DNA from: an uncultured Bacilli bacterium
Lineage (GTDB): Bacteria > Bacillota_I > Bacilli_A > RF39 > UBA660
Assembly: GCA_944358805.1 (NCBI GenBank)
Contig: CALVSD010000001.1
Coordinates: 1 to 44,205 of the forward strand
Direction: 5' to 3'
DNA length: 44,205 nt
Shown: piece after piece, positions 35,106 through 44,127 of the stretch
Numbering within the stretch: the first letter of the stretch is position 1
Layout of the letters: each line of letters begins with the position of its first letter
Program-made: the position numbers and the translations under genes
The notes under the pieces: model-generated
What the model saw: only the letters and a program-made list of their open reading frames with translations
Database searches by the model: none
Told to the model about the DNA's origin: nothing

Positions 35106-36077
35106 TTGTTAGATGATTATAAGGAACAACAACCTTTATTATATAATTTATTAGTAAATTCATTAAAAAACAATAAATTATCACATGCTTACTTGTTTGA
35201 TATAAATGATAATAGTAATGCTTATGATATTATAATTGCATTTGTAAAATTTATATTATGTCCAGAAAATTATACTAATTTAAATTCTTGCAAAAATTGT
35301 TCAATTTGTGAAAGAATTAATTCTAATAATCATACAGAATTTAGAATAATTGAACCAAATGGAATGTGGATAAAAAAAGAACAATTATTAGAAATACAAG
35401 AAGATTATGCTAAAATTGGGATAGAAGGAAAATATAGGGTTTATATAATTAAAGAATGCGAAAAAATGAATAAACAATCCGCAAATTCCATACTGAAATT
35501 TCTAGAAGAACCTTCTCCCAATGTAATAGCTATATTAGTTACTAATAACGTTAATAAAATGTTAGATACAATTGTTTCTAGATGTCAATATATTAAATTA
35601 GAAAAAAATGAATTATCAAACAATACAATAGCAAATATGTGTAATTTTTTATGTAAAACAGAAGAAGAAAAAGAAAAGTTTTTATTAATGGAAAAACAAT
35701 TAAATTATGGAAATAGTTTGGTTAATTTTATATTATTTTATGAAAAAAATAAATATAATACGATAATTTATATAAAAGATAAATGGGATTTTTTGTTTAA
35801 TTCTAAAGAAGTAATAGAGCAAACATTAAATTTGATGATAATATTTTATTTTGAAGTAATAAAATATAAGATTTCTAATAAAATTTCATTTTTTTTAGAT
35901 TATAAAAATGAAATTGATACAGTTTCAAAATATAATGACTTAGAAAATTTAATAAAAAAAGTAGAAATATTGACTGAAAATGTAGAATATTTAAAATTTA
36001 ATTTAAATACAAATTTGTTTATAAATATGATATTAATAGAATTAGGTGGTGAATATGTTGGAAATAGTTGCTGTTAA
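35106..36077 (+). CDS. holB: DNA polymerase III subunit delta prime
   Basis: LSHAYLF, CxxCxxC module (CKNCSICERI), KVYIIKECEKMN, SANSILKFLEEP and SRCQ. GAGGTGA RBS with a TTG start. Confidence 0.88.
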   Translation: MLDDYKEQQPLLYNLLVNSLKNNKLSHAYLFDINDNSNAYDIIIAFVKFILCPENYTNLNSCKNCSICERINSNNHTEFRIIEPNGMWIKKEQLLEIQEDYAKIGIEGKYRVYIIKECEKMNKQSANSILKFLEEPSPNVIAILVTNNVNKMLDTIVSRCQYIKLEKNELSNNTIANMCNFLCKTEEEKEKFLLMEKQLNYGNSLVNFILFYEKNKYNTIIYIKDKWDFLFNSKEVIEQTLNLMIIFYFEVIKYKISNKISFFLDYKNEIDTVSKYNDLENLIKKVEILTENVEYLKFNLNTNLFINMILIELGGEYVGNSCC

Positions 36078-36849
36078 AATTAATGGAAAAGGAAAAATTT
36101 ATTATTTTAAAAATGAGAACCTTAAATTACGAAAAAATTGTACTGTTATAGTGGACACAGATAAAGGATTGCAATATGGACAAGTTGTTGATTTCATAAA
36201 AGAAGAAAAAAATCTAGATATAAACGAATTAAAAAACGTTATTAGATTAACAACTAAAAAGGATTATATTCAACATCTAACTAACATTAAAGATGCAGAA
36301 AAAGCAATTGTAAAATGTAAAGAAATGATAAATAAAAATAATCTTAATATGTCATTAGTTGATGCGGAATATACATTTACTAGATCTCAGCTAATCTTTA
36401 AGTTTATTTCTGATGAGAGAGTTGATTTTAGACAATTAGCAAAAGAATTAGGTTCTTATTTCAAAACAAGAATTGAGCTAAGACAAGTTGGAATTAGGGA
36501 TAAAGCTAAAGAAATAGGAGGAGTAGGTTTATGTGGTAGAAAACTTTGCTGTGCTTCTTTTTTGAAAGAGTTTGAAAGTGTATCTATAAATATGGCTAAA
36601 AATCAATCAATAGCTTTAAATCCTACAAAAATAAATGGAGTTTGTGGTAGATTATTATGCTGTTTAAAATACGAAAATGAAAACTATTCAGAATGTAGAA
36701 AGAAATTACCTGAAGTAGGAAAATTTGTTGATACGGATGAGGGAAGTAGTAAAGTAATATCACTTGATATATTGAATGAAAAATATACTGTTGTTACTCC
36801 CAAAAATAATATAAAAGAAGTCGATGTTAAAAATGGAAGTAAGGAATAG
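36055..36849 (+). CDS. ricT: PSP1-domain protein RicT (YaaT), stage 0 sporulation / RNase Y maturation complex
   Basis: The PSP1 C-terminal domain includes FKFISDERVDFRQLAKELGSYFKTRIELRQVGIRD, and the Cys cluster (LCCASFL, GRLLCCLKYE) is present. Its position after holB matches B. subtilis. Confidence 0.9.
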   Translation: MLEIVAVKINGKGKIYYFKNENLKLRKNCTVIVDTDKGLQYGQVVDFIKEEKNLDINELKNVIRLTTKKDYIQHLTNIKDAEKAIVKCKEMINKNNLNMSLVDAEYTFTRSQLIFKFISDERVDFRQLAKELGSYFKTRIELRQVGIRDKAKEIGGVGLCGRKLCCASFLKEFESVSINMAKNQSIALNPTKINGVCGRLLCCLKYENENYSECRKKLPEVGKFVDTDEGSSKVISLDILNEKYTVVTPKNNIKEVDVKNGSKE

Positions 36850-37555
36850 ATTACTAAACTTTAAAAATGCTTACATATATCAAAACGATGATTGGTTTAA
36901 ATTTTCTTTAGATTCAGTATTACTTGCTAATTTTGCAACTATTAATTTAAGAACTAAAAAGATTTTAGATTTAGCAACTGGTAATGCTCCAATTCCTATG
37001 TTACTTACGTATCGTACAAAAGCAAAAATATATGGTGTTGAGATTCAAAAAGAAATTTATGAATTGGGACAAAAATCTGTAATAGAAAATAACATGTTAA
37101 ATCAAATTAATCTATTTAATTTTGATGTAAAAGATTTAAACAAACATTTGGGTTTTGAACAGTTTGATGTTGTAACGTGTAATCCTCCTTATTTTAAAAC
37201 AAATGATAAAAAATTATTTAATGATAATAAGATTAAAGCAATTGCACGGCATGAAATTTTTCTTAACTTAGATGATGTTTGTAGTATAGCGTCAAAAAGT
37301 TTAAAAAATAAAGGAATCTTTGCTTTAGTGCATAGACCCGAAAGATTTTTGGAAATTTTAGATACAATGCGAAAATATAATATAGAGCCAAAAAGGATTC
37401 AATTTGTATATCCAAAAATTGAAAAAGAAGCTAATATGGTATTAATTGAAGGAATAAAAAATGGAAACAGTGGTATTAAATTATTAAATCCAATAATTGT
37501 ATATGATGAAGAAAATAATTATAATAAAAGTATAAAAAAAATGTTTGAGGAGTGA
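36824..37555 (+). CDS. tRNA (adenine-N6)-methyltransferase, YabB/TrmN6 family
   Basis: SAM motif ILDLATGNAP and the catalytic CNPPYF (NPPY) motif. It occupies the syntenic position of B. subtilis yabB. Confidence 0.8.
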   Translation: MLKMEVRNRLLNFKNAYIYQNDDWFKFSLDSVLLANFATINLRTKKILDLATGNAPIPMLLTYRTKAKIYGVEIQKEIYELGQKSVIENNMLNQINLFNFDVKDLNKHLGFEQFDVVTCNPPYFKTNDKKLFNDNKIKAIARHEIFLNLDDVCSIASKSLKNKGIFALVHRPERFLEILDTMRKYNIEPKRIQFVYPKIEKEANMVLIEGIKNGNSGIKLLNPIIVYDEENNYNKSIKKMFEE

Positions 37556-37560
37556 TTTTT

Positions 37561-38409
37561 ATGTGGCAAAATAGTTATGATGGTTCTCCTACTTTATATA
37601 TAATTCCTACGCCAATAGGAAATTTAGAAGATATTACGATAAGAGCAATAAATATATTAAAAGAAGTAGAAGTTGTGTTTTCAGAAGATACAAGGGTTAC
37701 TTCTCTTTTATTAAAGCATTATGATATAAAGAAACATTTAATATCTTTACATGACCATAATGAGGATAAAGTCAAAGAAAATGTGTTAGAATATTTGATT
37801 AAGGGAAATGACGTTGCAATTGTAACAGATAGAGGTACTCCAATAATTAGCGATCCAGGCTATAAAACAGTAGAATATGTTGTGGAAAAAGGATTCAATG
37901 TTATATCACTACCTGGTGCTACTGCGTTTGTTCCGGCTTTAACATCTTCAGGAATTAATCCTAAACCATTTACATTTTACGGATTTTTAAATAGTAAAGA
38001 AAGTAAATGTAAAAAAGAATTAGAAGAATTAAAATTTTTAAAAAGTACAATTATTTTTTATGAAGCACCTCATCGTTTAGAAAAAACTTTGAAATTAATA
38101 TTTAGTATTTTTGGAGAAAGAAAAATAAGTATATCAAGAGAAATATCTAAAAAATATGAAAGTGTTTTTAGAGGTAATTTATCTGAATTATTAAACAATT
38201 TAGGTACTATAAAAGGGGAATACGTGTTGGTAGTAGAAGGCTATAACGATACCTGTGAAAATGTTAATGATTTGACAATTATTGACAATGTAAATTTATA
38301 TGTTAATAATGGAATGAAACTTATGGATGCAATAAAGTTAGTAGCAAAAGAAAGAAATATTCCCAAAAGCGAAGTATATAAAGAATATCATTTAAATTCA
38401 AGGAGGTAA
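37561..38409 (+). CDS. rsmI: 16S rRNA (cytidine1402-2'-O)-methyltransferase
   Basis: LYIIPTPIGNLEDITIRA, SDPG, and the tetrapyrrole-methylase fold pattern. GAGGAG RBS 8 nt upstream of the ATG at 37561. Confidence 0.92.
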   Translation: MWQNSYDGSPTLYIIPTPIGNLEDITIRAINILKEVEVVFSEDTRVTSLLLKHYDIKKHLISLHDHNEDKVKENVLEYLIKGNDVAIVTDRGTPIISDPGYKTVEYVVEKGFNVISLPGATAFVPALTSSGINPKPFTFYGFLNSKESKCKKELEELKFLKSTIIFYEAPHRLEKTLKLIFSIFGERKISISREISKKYESVFRGNLSELLNNLGTIKGEYVLVVEGYNDTCENVNDLTIIDNVNLYVNNGMKLMDAIKLVAKERNIPKSEVYKEYHLNSRR

Positions 38410-38411
38410 TA

Positions 38412-38975
38412 ATGAAGCTAGTTGTAGGTTTAGGTAATCCAGGAATTGAGTATAAAAATACAAGACATAATGTAGGATTTGAATTTTTAGACTATCTTTG
38501 TAAAATGAAAAATATAAGTTTTGAAAAAGAAAAATTTAATGCTCAATATGTTTTTACAAAAGTTGATGGTGAAAGAGTATTATTAATAAAGCCACTTTCA
38601 TATATGAATTTATCTGGAACAGTTGTTAAAAAATATGTTGATTATTTTAAGCTGTTACCTGAAGATATATTAGTAATACAAGATGATCTTGATATGCCTT
38701 TAGGAAGAACAAAAATTGTGTTTGATAGTAGAAGTGGTGGCCACAATGGAATAAAAGATATAGAGAAAAATTTAAAGACTAAAAAATATGTTAGATTAAA
38801 GATAGGTATTTCAAACAATAAGGATATAGAAACAAAAGATTATGTTTTAGGGAAGTTTACTGGTGATGATTTAAAATTACTTAACGAAACGTATGATAGA
38901 TTATCAAATCTAATAGATGATTTTTGTTTAATTTCTATAGAGCGAATGATGAATAAGTATAATCGTAAGTCATAA
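38412..38975 (+). CDS. pth: Peptidyl-tRNA hydrolase
   Basis: MKLVVGLGNPG.EY..TRHNVGF, and GGHNGIKDI. Confidence 0.96.
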   Translation: MKLVVGLGNPGIEYKNTRHNVGFEFLDYLCKMKNISFEKEKFNAQYVFTKVDGERVLLIKPLSYMNLSGTVVKKYVDYFKLLPEDILVIQDDLDMPLGRTKIVFDSRSGGHNGIKDIEKNLKTKKYVRLKIGISNNKDIETKDYVLGKFTGDDLKLLNETYDRLSNLIDDFCLISIERMMNKYNRKS

Positions 38976-38978
38976 AAT

Positions 38979-38994
38979 TATTTCCCAGGAAATA
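38979..38994. other. Noc-binding-site-like palindrome NBS-5 (TATTTCCCAGGAAATA)
   Basis: 15 of 16 match. It sits inside AATTATTTCCCAGGAAATAATT (38976-38997), which differs by one base from the 22-mer at the end of recF. It starts 4 nt after the pth stop codon. Confidence 0.6.
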
Positions 38995-39092
38995 ATTTTG
39001 TAGTATTTTTACATTAAAGATGGTATAATAATAATGAATTTTTACAAAATGTAATCGTTATGATTACATATTTTTGATTATAAGGTGATAAA

Positions 39093-42000
39093 ATGAAATT
39101 TTTTGAAGATTTATTTAAAATACCGGATAATAACTATTATGGAGTTTCTGGATTAACTCTTGAGTTAAATTGTATATATATATATGACACTTTCGTTAAA
39201 CAAAATGGAAGTGTTTTAGTCGTTGCTAATTCATTATATGAAGCTAATAACTTTTATCAAAGATTATTAAATTATACTGATAAAGTATTATTTTTTCCAA
39301 TGGATGATTTTATTACTAGTGAAGCAATTGCGATAAGCCCTGAATTCAAAGTTGAAAGAATAAATACTTTAAATAAACTAATTAACGATGGTAAGTATAT
39401 TGTTATTTGTAATTTAATGGGAGTTCTTAGATATTTACCAACAAAAAAGACTTGGAAAAGTTCAATTTTAAATTTAAAAAAAGATCAAGAATATGATCGT
39501 GAAACTTTACTTAATAAATTATATAATTTAGGGTATGAAAATGAAACCATTGTAACTGAAACTGGTAAAGTTGGTGTAAGAGGATATGTAGTTGATATTT
39601 TTCCAACAGGAGAAGAAAATCCTGTTAGGATAGAATTTTGGGGAGATACAATTGATAGTATAAAATATTTTGATGTAGAAACACAGTTAACAACTAAAGA
39701 GGTTAAAGAAATTAATATTTTTCCTTATACAGAATTCATATTATCAGAAGAAAAAGATGATGTTGAAAGAAAACAAAAATATTTAGAATACTATTCTGAT
39801 AAAATATCTGGTATTTGGGATTATGTTAATAATAATATTTGTTTTTATTATGACTATGGACAACTTATTAATAGTTATTATCTTTTGCGTGAATCTATAT
39901 TGGAATATGATAAAGAAAACATATCATCAATTAAAACAAATTACATGTATGATATTGAAAATATCAATTGTAATAATAAAATTTATTTAATGAATTTAGA
40001 TAATTTATTAGAAAATTTAAAATTGCATAAGAATTATAAATTTTTATCATATAATATAGAAAATTATGAAGGTAATTATAATTTAGTTAAACAAGATATT
40101 GAAAAATATTATAGTAAAAAATATTCTATTATTATTTGCTTAAATTCAAAAAATTCTATTAATAGAATTTGTAAATATTTAGATTTTAATGATGTTTATA
40201 TAACTGATGAAAATCATATTTTAGATAATAAAATTAATATTATTATAAAACCTATTGGTAGTGGATTTATTTATGAAAACTATTTTGTTGTAAGTGAAAA
40301 TGATTTATTTAAAGTTCAGGAAAAAAGTAAAAAATATAAAAATAAATATAAAATAGGTACTAAAATAGGCAACATAAGTAATATTTCCAAGGGTGATTAT
40401 ATAGTACATGAACAGCATGGTATTGGGATTTATGATCAATTATGTACTATTACTAAAAATGGATTGAAAAAAGATTATATAAAATTAATTTATGCTGGTG
40501 GAGATGTACTATATATTCCAGTAGAAAAAATTGATAGGATAAGTAAATTTTCTGGAAAAGAGGGAGTAAATCCTAAAATTAATAAGCTAGGTACAGATGA
40601 GTGGAAAAGGAAAAAAGCGAGAGTCCGTGGAAGAATAGAAGAAATTGCTGGTAATTTATTAAAGGTATCTGCAGAAAGAGAAGCAATGAAGGGCTTTGCT
40701 TTTAGTGAAGATGATGAAAATCAAGTATTATTTGATAGTCAATTTGAGTATCAAGAAACTCCTGATCAATTAAAAGCTATTAATATCATAAAATCTGAAA
40801 TGGAAAAAAGAACTCCAATGGATATGTTACTTTGTGGGGACGTTGGATATGGTAAAACAGAAGTTGCTTTTAGAGCAATATTTAAGGCAGTTAATGATGG
40901 AAAACAAGTAGCTTATTTGTGCCCAACTACTATTTTATCTAATCAACAATATAAAAACGCTATTGAAAGATTTAAAAATTTCCCAGTTAATATAGCACTT
41001 TTAAACAGATTTGTGGATAGAGCAAAACAAAAGAAAATAATAGAGAAATTAAAAAATGGAAAAATTGATATTTTATTTGGTACACATAGAATTTTAAGTA
41101 ATGATATAGAATATAAAGATTTAGGATTACTTGTAATTGATGAAGAACAAAGATTTGGTGTTACACATAAAGAAAAGATAAAACAATATAAATCTAATAT
41201 TGATGTTTTAACATTGTCAGCTACTCCTATCCCTAGAACTTTACAAATGTCTATGTCTGGTATTAGAAGTCTTGTATTGATCGAAACAGCACCTGCTCAA
41301 AGATTCCCAGTTCAGACATATGTACTTGCAGAAAATAAGAATGTAATAAAAGATGCTATATATAAAGAATTATCGAGAAATGGTCAAGCATTCATTTTAT
41401 ATAATAAAGTAGAAAGTATTGAATCAAAAGTTAGAGAAATAAATGAGTTAATTCCTGATGCTAAAATTAATTATGCTCATGGTCAAATGACTAAAACCGA
41501 ATTAGAAAATATAATGTTAGATTTTATTGCACATAAATTTGATGTATTAGTATGCACTACTATTATAGAAACAGGAATAGATATACCTAATGTGAATACC
41601 CTAATTATTATTGATGCAGATAGATTTGGGTTATCTCAGTTATATCAAATAAGAGGTAGAATAGGTAGAAGTGATAAAATAGGTTATGCATATTTAATGT
41701 ATGATAATAGAAAAGTATTAAACGATATAGCGGTAAAAAGATTAAATACAATAAAAGAATTTACGGAATTAGGTAGTGGATTTAAAATAGCTATGCGTGA
41801 TTTATCAATAAGAGGAGCGGGAGATATACTAGGAAGTGAACAATCAGGATTTATTGATACAATTGGTATAGATTTATATTTAAAAATGTTAAATGAAGCT
41901 GTTTTAAAATTAAAAGGTCAAGAATTACCTGAAGAAGACGATATTAATGATAATAAGCCTTTAATAGAAATAGATACACATATTAGTGACTCTTATATTG

Positions 42001-42413
42001 CTAATGAGGATTTAAAAATTGAAATTCATAAAATGATTAACAAAGTAGATTCTTTAGAAAAAATGCAGTCTATAAAGGCTGAATTAGAGGATAGATTTGG
42101 TAAAATTACAAATGATATGGAAATTTATATGTATGAAGAATGGTTTGAGAAATTAGCTAAAAAACTAGAAATAGAAAACTCTAAACAGACTAAAACATTT
42201 ATTGAATTAGAATTATCAGAAAATATAAGTAAAAAAATAGATGGAGAGAAACTATTTTTTATTGCATATGAAATATCAAAAATGTTTAGATTTAGTTTTA
42301 AAAATAATAAAATTCATATAATTTTAGATACTGTAAAATTAGATAATCATTTCTTAATATATTTAATTCAACTATTAGAAAAAATTAATACTGAACTAAT
42401 TGTTAAAGATTAG
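39093..42413 (+). CDS. mfd: Transcription-repair coupling factor
   Basis: CarD/TRCF RID domain (GDYIVHEQHGIG), SF2 helicase motifs (GDVGYGKTEVA, DEEQRFG, TATPIPRT, QLYQIRGRIGRS) and the TRG motif region. Confidence 0.97.
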   Translation: MKFFEDLFKIPDNNYYGVSGLTLELNCIYIYDTFVKQNGSVLVVANSLYEANNFYQRLLNYTDKVLFFPMDDFITSEAIAISPEFKVERINTLNKLINDGKYIVICNLMGVLRYLPTKKTWKSSILNLKKDQEYDRETLLNKLYNLGYENETIVTETGKVGVRGYVVDIFPTGEENPVRIEFWGDTIDSIKYFDVETQLTTKEVKEINIFPYTEFILSEEKDDVERKQKYLEYYSDKISGIWDYVNNNICFYYDYGQLINSYYLLRESILEYDKENISSIKTNYMYDIENINCNNKIYLMNLDNLLENLKLHKNYKFLSYNIENYEGNYNLVKQDIEKYYSKKYSIIICLNSKNSINRICKYLDFNDVYITDENHILDNKINIIIKPIGSGFIYENYFVVSENDLFKVQEKSKKYKNKYKIGTKIGNISNISKGDYIVHEQHGIGIYDQLCTITKNGLKKDYIKLIYAGGDVLYIPVEKIDRISKFSGKEGVNPKINKLGTDEWKRKKARVRGRIEEIAGNLLKVSAEREAMKGFAFSEDDENQVLFDSQFEYQETPDQLKAINIIKSEMEKRTPMDMLLCGDVGYGKTEVAFRAIFKAVNDGKQVAYLCPTTILSNQQYKNAIERFKNFPVNIALLNRFVDRAKQKKIIEKLKNGKIDILFGTHRILSNDIEYKDLGLLVIDEEQRFGVTHKEKIKQYKSNIDVLTLSATPIPRTLQMSMSGIRSLVLIETAPAQRFPVQTYVLAENKNVIKDAIYKELSRNGQAFILYNKVESIESKVREINELIPDAKINYAHGQMTKTELENIMLDFIAHKFDVLVCTTIIETGIDIPNVNTLIIIDADRFGLSQLYQIRGRIGRSDKIGYAYLMYDNRKVLNDIAVKRLNTIKEFTELGSGFKIAMRDLSIRGAGDILGSEQSGFIDTIGIDLYLKMLNEAVLKLKGQELPEEDDINDNKPLIEIDTHISDSYIANEDLKIEIHKMINKVDSLEKMQSIKAELEDRFGKITNDMEIYMYEEWFEKLAKKLEIENSKQTKTFIELELSENISKKIDGEKLFFIAYEISKMFRFSFKNNKIHIILDTVKLDNHFLIYLIQLLEKINTELIVKD

Positions 42414-42472
42414 TTCTTTTTTGTATAAATTTATATATATTTAACACAATAATATTAGAAATGGAGGAATAT

Positions 42473-43003
42473 ATGAAAACAACAGGAATAATAAGGAGAA
42501 TTGATGAATTGGGTAGAATAGTAATTCCTAAGGAAATTAGAAAAAATATGCGAATTGATAATGGTGAGAGCCTTGAAATATTTATTGATGAAGATAATAT
42601 AATTTTAAAAAAATATTCTCCGATTGAAAGTTTAAATTCTGTAGCAGAAAAATACGTTGATATATTTAATCAAGTTATTAAACATAATGTTATTGTAACG
42701 GATAGAAATAAGGTAATAGCAATAGCAGGGAATTTAAAGAAGCAATATTTAAATAAAGAAATAAGTGAATTTACTAGCCATTCAATTGATAGACGAGATA
42801 GTTTTGTTGAAAGACAAAAAAATTCTTTTGAAATAGTAAAGGGTATAAATGAGGTAGGCTATTATTCATTTAGTTCTATCGTTAATAACGGTGATGCAAT
42901 TGGTTCAGTAATAATAGTTTCAACTGATTATCCAATATTAGAGGGAGATGAAAAAATGGCTGTAATACTATCAAAAATATTATCAAAGTACTTTATAAAC
43001 TGA
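42473..43003 (+). CDS. spoVT: Stage V sporulation protein T (AbrB-type N-domain plus GAF-like domain)
   Basis: MKTTGIIRRIDELGRIVIPKEIRKNMRIDNGESLEIF is nearly identical in pattern to the B. subtilis SpoVT N-terminus. About 176 aa. mfd-spoVT synteny. GGAGGA RBS upstream of the ATG at 42473. Confidence 0.9.
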   Translation: MKTTGIIRRIDELGRIVIPKEIRKNMRIDNGESLEIFIDEDNIILKKYSPIESLNSVAEKYVDIFNQVIKHNVIVTDRNKVIAIAGNLKKQYLNKEISEFTSHSIDRRDSFVERQKNSFEIVKGINEVGYYSFSSIVNNGDAIGSVIIVSTDYPILEGDEKMAVILSKILSKYFIN

Positions 43004-43031
43004 CATCAAATTGTCTTTTTTTTATAATAAG

Positions 43032-43059
43032 TTGACAAAATGTAAATAAACATTATAAT
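43032..43059 (+). promoter_or_regulatory. Sigma-A promoter of the kinase-like gene
   Basis: TTGACA (43032-43037), a 16-nt spacer, then TATAAT (43054-43059). Confidence 0.6.
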
Positions 43060-43088
43060 ATTATGTACTTTGTTTTGGGGGAATAGGC

Positions 43089-43844
43089 ATGAATTTTGTT
43101 AGTGATAATCAATTATACCAGTTTTTAAAGGAACCACAAATAAAACTTTTGGACTCTGGAAGTCAAGGACAGTGTTACCATGATAGGTCCAATAATAGAG
43201 TATATAAAATATTTAATGGTTTTTTTGATGTTGAAGATAAAATTGATTATAATAGTGAAGATATATTGAAATTTAGTAAAGTTTTAAATTCTACATACAT
43301 ATGGGCTAGTGACGTTATAACAGTTAATAATGAAGTAGTTGGTTATGTTACTCCATATATTAGGGGAGTAAATTTGTGTAGAATTAATCCTTTAAATATT
43401 GATATGGTTAAGTTAATTTATGATTTAGAAAATGTATATAAAGATAATGTAACTATTTCTAAAAATGGTATTGTCGCTTATGATGTGATGTATAATATTT
43501 TGTATGGGAAAAAGGGAATAAATATAATAGATACAGATGATTATAATTTTAATTATTTTGGTAGAAGTTATGAAGAAATTTTAAAGATTAATAATAGAAA
43601 TATTAATTATGCTTTTAAAGTTTTTCTAGTTGATAACTATTTTGATGAGTTTGTTAATCGGTTTTACGAATTACGAGAAATGTATAATGATTTAGATTTA
43701 GAATCAACTATTTTTATATTAGAATTACAGAGAAAACTTAGTGAATATTTAGAATCGGAGATAGTTTGTTTAAAAGATGCATTACAATTAAAAAATAAGA
43801 AGAAAATAAGAGAAAAGGATTTGAAAATCAGAAGATTATTATGA
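43089..43844 (+). CDS. Small protein-kinase-like (PKL) fold protein of unknown specificity
   Basis: A Gly-rich loop-like LDSGSQGQCY; a beta3 Lys candidate (RVYKIF); a catalytic-loop-like YDVMYNIL (Asp...Asn); and a metal-binding Asp in NIIDTDDY. No TM segment and no PASTA domain. Confidence 0.45.
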   Translation: MNFVSDNQLYQFLKEPQIKLLDSGSQGQCYHDRSNNRVYKIFNGFFDVEDKIDYNSEDILKFSKVLNSTYIWASDVITVNNEVVGYVTPYIRGVNLCRINPLNIDMVKLIYDLENVYKDNVTISKNGIVAYDVMYNILYGKKGINIIDTDDYNFNYFGRSYEEILKINNRNINYAFKVFLVDNYFDEFVNRFYELREMYNDLDLESTIFILELQRKLSEYLESEIVCLKDALQLKNKKKIREKDLKIRRLL

Positions 43845-43855
43845 ATATTTTAGTA

Positions 43856-43884
43856 TTGCATAAGTTATTTTAGTATGATATAAT
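43856..43884 (+). promoter_or_regulatory. Sigma-A promoter of the T-box leader
   Basis: TTGCAT (43856-43861), a 17-nt spacer that includes the TG extension (43876-43877), then TATAAT (43879-43884). Confidence 0.7.
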
Positions 43885-43890
43885 ACGTAT

Positions 43891-44115
43891 AGTTTTGAAA
43901 GATTATGAAGGAAAGAGTAATAATTACTTATAATAGAGATTCTATGTTGGTGGAAATTAGAAAAAAAGGATTATTATAGATGGTTCTGGAGTCGTTTAAT
44001 TGATATTTAAATTAAAACGGTAGTGCGTTATAGCTTTAAGAGTATAATTATATTATATAAAATAAGGTGGTACCGCGGTAATTTATCGCCCTTAAGTACT
44101 ACCTTATTTTCTTTT
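43891..44115 (+). promoter_or_regulatory. T-box riboswitch leader (tRNA-sensing transcription attenuator)
   Basis: Stem I elements: AUGAAGGAAAGAGUA (compare glyQS GAUGAGAAGAAGAGUA), AGAGA bulge at 43935-43939, and distal loop GGUGGAA at 43949-43955. The T-box sequence AAGGTGGTACCGCG has its GGTGGTACCGCG core at 44066-44077. A mutually exclusive terminator pairs AATAAGGTGGTAC (44061-44073) with GTACTACCTTATT (44096-44108) and is followed by TTCTTTT. Confidence 0.88.
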
Positions 44116-44127
44116 GAGGTGGTTAAC

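Noticed and set aside
36824-37561. Mollicutes-type genetic code (TGA read as Trp), considered because of the extreme AT content
   Set aside because: TGA at 37553-37555 ends the methyltransferase exactly where the RBS and ATG of rsmI follow. Conserved Trp positions use TGG. The standard-code ORFs have full-length family matches.
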